Notes under the pieces: generated by a model
Databases searched by the model: none
Seen by the model: only the letters and a program-made list of their open reading frames with translations
What the model was told of the DNA's origin: nothing
Shown here: in pieces, positions 59,460-64,000 of the stretch
Numbering within the stretch: the first letter of the stretch is position 1
Layout: each line of letters begins with the position of its first letter
Assembly: GCA_965197525.1 (NCBI GenBank)
Contig: OZ240211.1
Location: 1,600,001 to 1,664,000, forward strand
Reading direction: 5' to 3'
Length of the DNA stretch: 64,000 bases
DNA from: Nitrosopumilus sp.
Lineage (GTDB): Archaea; Thermoproteota; Nitrososphaeria; Nitrososphaerales; Nitrosopumilaceae
Made by a program: the position numbers and the translations under genes

Positions 59460-59490
59460 GGTTCTGTGTCAAGTTAGCGGGTGTTGGAAG
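59460..59490. mobile_element. Orphan GGTTCTGT-type element end
   Basis: ggttctgtgtcaagttagcgggtgttggaag matches the left half of the 58-bp elements. Confidence 0.6.
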
Positions 59491-59670
59491 CGGTATCTTT
59501 CTGTGGCATCAAGGTATAGTCGAATTTACCATCATTATTATTTGTGTCAAATCCATGACTGCCTAGACGGTAACATTTGGCGTATCAAAAGATAGACATT
59601 CAAGCATTAACTTGAATGCGTACCATGTCATTTTTTAAATATTTAATTTACGGTAAATCTGTTGCATATC

Positions 59671-61941
59671 ATGGAAATTGATAGCACTGCAGAACTTGTT
59701 GCAGCAGTTTATCTGAAATTACAAGAGAATATTCCAAAATATCGGAGTATTGCTAAAAGGCCATTAACACTAACTGAGAAAATCTTATCTGGGCATCTTG
59801 ATCAAATTCCTGTCAAAGGTTTCATCGGAGGTACTGATTATGTCTTTTTGAGACCTGACAGAGTAGCTCTACAAGATGTTACCGGACAGATGGTAATGCT
59901 ACAATTTATGCAAGCCGGGCTCCAAAAAACATCTCTACCCACAACAGTCCACTGTGATCATCTTATTCGTGCTCAAATCCAAGGAGATATAGACATGAAG
60001 GTCTCCCTTGATGCCAATAACGAAGTCTTTGAATTTTTACAATCTGCTTGCGCCAAATACGGATGTGGTTTTTGGAAACCTGGTGCAGGAATCATTCATC
60101 AGGTTGTTCTTGAGAATTACGCCTTTCCCGGCGGATTGATGATAGGTACTGACTCTCATACTCCAAATGCAGGAGGTCTTGGAATGATTGCAATAGGTGT
60201 AGGAGGATTGGACGCTGCTGAAACTATGGCAGGGTTGCCCTGGGAATTACTATATCCTAAAAAGATAGGCGTCAAGCTGACTGGGAAATTAAATGGATGG
60301 ACAGCTCCTAAAGATATCATATTAAAAGTTGCAGAAAAATTAACAGTCTCTGGAGGGACAAATGCAATCCTTGAATATTTTGGTCCCGGCGTGCAAACTA
60401 TAAGCTGTACTGGAAAGGCCACCATCACTAATATGGGCGCAGAGATTGGCGCCACATGTTCAATCTTTCCGTATGATGTAAGAATGGAAACTTTTCTAAA
60501 ATGTACCAACAGAGGTGATATTGCCGAATTGGCAAATCAGAATAAAGAGTTACTAGTTGCAGACCCTCAAGTTGAAGAACATCCTGAAGATTTCTTCGAT
60601 AAGGTAATTGAGATTGATCTCTCTGCATTGGAACCGCATATAGTCGGACCTCACACTCCTGACTTGGCAAGAACCATATCTGATTTATCTGATGACGTAG
60701 AGTCAAATGATTACACTGATCTGATCTCTGTTGCATTAATTGGCAGCTGTACAAACTCCTCTTACGAGGATATGTCCCGGGCTGCAAGTTTGGCAGAACA
60801 AGCAAAGACCAGAGGAATTAAATCCAAAATCCCGTTACTGGTAACTCCTGGTTCAGAACAGATCAGGGGAACCATTGAGCGAGATGGGCAAATGAGCTCT
60901 TTGACAGATATTGGCGCCACGGTTCTTGCAAATGCATGCGGTCCTTGTATTGGTCAATGGGATAGGCCCGAACTACAAAAGGATCAACAGAACACAATAG
61001 TTACGACATTTAACAGAAACTTTCCAGGACGCAATGACGGCCGTCGCAGTACTCTGAACTTTATTGGGAGTCCTGAGATGATAATTGCTTTAGCACTAGG
61101 TGGCAGACTCTCTTTTAATCCTCTCAAAGATTACCTGGTAGCATCTGACGGTACAAGATTCAAATTAGAACCCCCAGAACCTGCGCCTGAGATCCCTGAA
61201 AGTGGTTTTATCAAACCTGAAGGCATCTATATTGCACCTCCTCGTGAAAACTCTGATGACGTTCAGGTTTTAATTGATTCTCAAAGTAAGCGACTACAAC
61301 GTTTAGAGCCTTTTCCTAGATGGAGTGGTAAAGATTTTGAAGATCTCCCAATTATGGTAAAGACCAAAGGAAAATGTACTACTGATCACATATCTCCTGC
61401 AGGTGCCTGGCTATCATTGCGTGGACATTTAGATAATCTTAGTGATAACATGCTTTTGGGTGCAGTTAATGCATTTAATGGTAAAATAGGCCAGGGTAAG
61501 AATATTCTCAACTGCAAACTCGAATCATTTTCAAGCATCGCACGACAGTACAAGGAAAAGCAGATCAGTTGGATAATCATTGGTGATAGTAACTACGGTG
61601 AGGGCAGTAGCAGAGAACATGCTGCTATGACTCCGCGTTATTTGGGATGTGTTGCAGTTATTACAAAAAGTTTGGCAAGAATTCATGAGACTAATTTGAA
61701 AAAACAGGGCGTCCTGGCATTAACCTTTAGTAATACTGGTGATTATGACAAGATACTAGAGGACGATAAAATCAGCCTGATAGGCTTGAACATGTTAGAG
61801 CCTAACAAACAAGTCAAGTGTATTATCTCACATGCTGACAAGAGCACTGATGAAATTTTCTTAAATCATTCTTACAACAAATCTCAGATAGAATGGTTCC
61901 GTTCTGGTTCTGCATTAAATGTATTACGTGACAATCAATAG
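59671..61941 (+). CDS. acnA: Aconitate hydratase
   Basis: DRVALQD, HCDH, GIIHQ, GSCTNSSY, NACGPCIGQW and NYGEGSSREHA motifs. Confidence 0.96.
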   Translation: MEIDSTAELVAAVYLKLQENIPKYRSIAKRPLTLTEKILSGHLDQIPVKGFIGGTDYVFLRPDRVALQDVTGQMVMLQFMQAGLQKTSLPTTVHCDHLIRAQIQGDIDMKVSLDANNEVFEFLQSACAKYGCGFWKPGAGIIHQVVLENYAFPGGLMIGTDSHTPNAGGLGMIAIGVGGLDAAETMAGLPWELLYPKKIGVKLTGKLNGWTAPKDIILKVAEKLTVSGGTNAILEYFGPGVQTISCTGKATITNMGAEIGATCSIFPYDVRMETFLKCTNRGDIAELANQNKELLVADPQVEEHPEDFFDKVIEIDLSALEPHIVGPHTPDLARTISDLSDDVESNDYTDLISVALIGSCTNSSYEDMSRAASLAEQAKTRGIKSKIPLLVTPGSEQIRGTIERDGQMSSLTDIGATVLANACGPCIGQWDRPELQKDQQNTIVTTFNRNFPGRNDGRRSTLNFIGSPEMIIALALGGRLSFNPLKDYLVASDGTRFKLEPPEPAPEIPESGFIKPEGIYIAPPRENSDDVQVLIDSQSKRLQRLEPFPRWSGKDFEDLPIMVKTKGKCTTDHISPAGAWLSLRGHLDNLSDNMLLGAVNAFNGKIGQGKNILNCKLESFSSIARQYKEKQISWIIIGDSNYGEGSSREHAAMTPRYLGCVAVITKSLARIHETNLKKQGVLALTFSNTGDYDKILEDDKISLIGLNMLEPNKQVKCIISHADKSTDEIFLNHSYNKSQIEWFRSGSALNVLRDNQ

Positions 61942-62016
61942 TAAAGTGTTTTAACCATTTTATCAGAATGGTCATTAAAGTGCCCATGTAATGAATTATG
62001 ATTATCTGGTTGCAAA

Positions 62017-62073
62017 AACAACAACGATAACAATAACAACAACGTTAACAATAACAACAACAATAACTGCAAC
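62017..62073. repeat. Imperfect (AAC/AAT)n microsatellite
   Basis: aacaacaacgataacaataacaacaacgttaacaataacaacaacaataac. Confidence 0.8.
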
Positions 62074-62115
62074 GCCTTTACAATTTTTTTTTGCTAACTA
62101 TCAATAAAATTGACG

Positions 62116-62268
62116 TGGGGCCGACCGGAATCGAACCGGCGACCTACGGGTCACTACAGCTCCAAACTTACATCATCCGTGAGTCAGTTTAGCTTAGTTA
62201 CCTCTGGAGCCCTTAGCGGTGATCTTATTCGTAGACACTGTCGCCCTACCAGGCTAGGCTACGACCCC
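62116..62268 (-). tRNA. tRNA-Trp(CCA) with two introns (62213-62239 at 28/29; 62152-62203 at 37/38)
   Basis: Removing both gives GGGGUCG/CGGCCCC and ACGGG-CU CCA GA-CCCGU. Confidence 0.9.
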
Positions 62269-62358
62269 ACTAACAACTCTGAAATAGACTTGAATTTTAA
62301 GTTATTTTTAATCAAGATTTATTTGTCATGTCTACCTAACTGTACATGTTAATCAATT

Positions 62359-62895
62359 ATGGTAAAACCCATTTACTTGATACTTGGCGCAATTCCTGTA
62401 ATTGCGGCTCTATTGCTTGTTACCCCACTACTCTTAAAAAATGAAATTCCTACATCTGCTGCAAACTATACTGACGACATTGAAATAGAGTACACCAAAC
62501 ATCAGCTCAAAAAGATCTCATACGGTATTACTGAACGAGTTGGAGCTGAAAAAACCGAGATTCTTTACATAAAAAACGACGGTGATCTAAAGTATTCTAT
62601 ATCCACTTCAGGCTATTTAGAGCCTGATGTTCGCTCAAAACTAGACACGCCAACACTTGATAGAATCAAAGCGCTAATCAAAGAGACCGGTTTTATTGAG
62701 ATACCCTCAGAATCTTTTACAGTTTTAGATAATGTCACCGAGTATCAAAAATCAAATGTCAAAGTCACCCTTAATGGGCGTGTCAATCAAATTCACTGGC
62801 CAGAGCAAAATGCAACTGCAGATTTTATTCCACCAATAATTACCATGGTTGAGTCAGAACTTGATCAGATTATTATATCTGAATTTCGTGAATAG
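62359..62895 (+). CDS. Hypothetical membrane-anchored protein
   Basis: N-terminal TM helix, 178 aa. Confidence 0.75.
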   Translation: MVKPIYLILGAIPVIAALLLVTPLLLKNEIPTSAANYTDDIEIEYTKHQLKKISYGITERVGAEKTEILYIKNDGDLKYSISTSGYLEPDVRSKLDTPTLDRIKALIKETGFIEIPSESFTVLDNVTEYQKSNVKVTLNGRVNQIHWPEQNATADFIPPIITMVESELDQIIISEFRE

Positions 62896-62925
62896 ATACA
62901 AATAACCTTTTGGTAAAAATAAACC

Positions 62926-63894
62926 ATGCTTTCGTTATCTGGTCAACGATTAGATGCTCCAGGAATTATTTCTGATAAGATGAATTCTGTTGATACTTTG
63001 CGTGGCTCATCCACTCTTAAACGCGGTTTTGCCCACATGTTAAAAAATGGTGTTGTCATGGATGTTACAACTGTGGAACAAGCTCAAATTGCTGAAAAAG
63101 CGGGAGCAGTCTCTGTCATGGTATTGGATAAACTTCCATCTGATGTTAGAAAAGCTGGAGGAGTTGCACGAACTGCAAGTATCAGGATTATTGAGGATAT
63201 CATGGACTCTGTAACAATTCCAGTAATGGCAAAGTGTAGAATTGGTCATGTTAATGAAGCACTAGTACTCCAAGAGACTGATGTTGATATGATAGATGAA
63301 TCTGAGGTATTAACTCCCGCAGACGAGTTTCATCATGTATGGAAATGGGATCTCACTACTCCTGTTGTTAATGGCGCAAGATCTCTTGCAGAAGCCCTGA
63401 GACGAATTGAAGAGGGAGCATCAATGATTCGAACAAAAGGTGAACCTGGAACAGGAAATGTTGCAGAAGCCGTAACTCACATCAAAAAGGTTAATGATGA
63501 GCTGCGAACAATAAAGGCAATCTATGATTCCGGTGATAACCAAGATTTAGTCAGAGTTGCACGAGAGTTCAAAGTATCGTTTGATATAGTAAAACAGACT
63601 GCGCAATTAGGACGACTGCCTGTTGTAAATTTTGCAGCAGGCGGTATTGCGACTCCTGCTGATGCAGCATATCTGATGTCTTTGGGCTGTGATGGTATCT
63701 TTGTAGGTTCTGGAATATTCAATGCCGATGATGCACAAGAGAGAGCAAACGCCATAGTTTTGGCCACTACATTTTGGAATGAATCTAACACAGTCAAAGA
63801 GGCCCAAAAGATGATTGATGAGAGACAGTCTATGTTGGGGCTAGATGTCAATACACTAGAATTACGCATGCAAGATCGTGGTGGTTCCTCATGA
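62926..63894 (+). CDS. pdxS: Pyridoxal 5'-phosphate synthase lyase subunit
   Basis: [16 protein letters not shown] and [12 protein letters not shown] motifs. Confidence 0.98.
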   Translation: MLSLSGQRLDAPGIISDKMNSVDTLRGSSTLKRGFAHMLKNGVVMDVTTVEQAQIAEKAGAVSVMVLDKLPSDVRKAGGVARTASIRIIEDIMDSVTIPVMAKCRIGHVNEALVLQETDVDMIDESEVLTPADEFHHVWKWDLTTPVVNGARSLAEALRRIEEGASMIRTKGEPGTGNVAEAVTHIKKVNDELRTIKAIYDSGDNQDLVRVAREFKVSFDIVKQTAQLGRLPVVNFAAGGIATPADAAYLMSLGCDGIFVGSGIFNADDAQERANAIVLATTFWNESNTVKEAQKMIDERQSMLGLDVNTLELRMQDRGGSS

Positions 63895-64000
63895 GTCTTA
63901 ATGTTGGTATCTTGTCTATACAGGGCGATGTTGAAGAAAATTTCCTAGCCCTTGGAACTGCACTTGAGCAGTTAAAGATAGACGGTAAAGTAACACGTGT
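63891..64000 (+). CDS. pdxT: PLP synthase glutaminase subunit, 5' part (runs off the window)
   Basis: [17 protein letters not shown], overlapping the pdxS stop. Confidence 0.9.
   Translation, partial: MSLNVGILSIQGDVEENFLALGTALEQLKIDGKVTR

Overview
Chromosomal segment of an ammonia-oxidising archaeon (Nitrososphaerota, Nitrosopumilus-like), identified from amoB/amoC/amoX/amoA and archaeal housekeeping genes. Bases 1-13.7 kb are an accessory region rich in mobile DNA: an IS110 transposase 3' part, decayed IS3, IS5 and tnpB elements, and 58-bp mini-elements. It surrounds three large secreted repeat proteins: an LVIVD double-propeller protein with a G12 tract, and two FN3 proteins, one with a blue-copper domain. 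The rest is mostly core genome (glnB, tbp, GGR, rps3ae, serS, pcc1, rps15, probable amoZ/amoY, aglB, amoBCXA, dam, coaD, trpS, pheST, aconitase, pdxST) with six tRNAs, two of which carry two introns each. Top finding: a 1,442-bp element (49168-50609) has 24-bp terminal inverted repeats beginning GGTTCTGTG, a perfect 8-bp target-site duplication (TTATTCTT), and an apparently intact tnpB as its only gene. This puts an RNA-guided nuclease inside DDE/IS6-style ends instead of its usual IS200/IS605 or IS607 ends. Related GGTTCTGT ends occur at four other places in the window. No database searches or folding programs were run; family assignments come from motif recognition.
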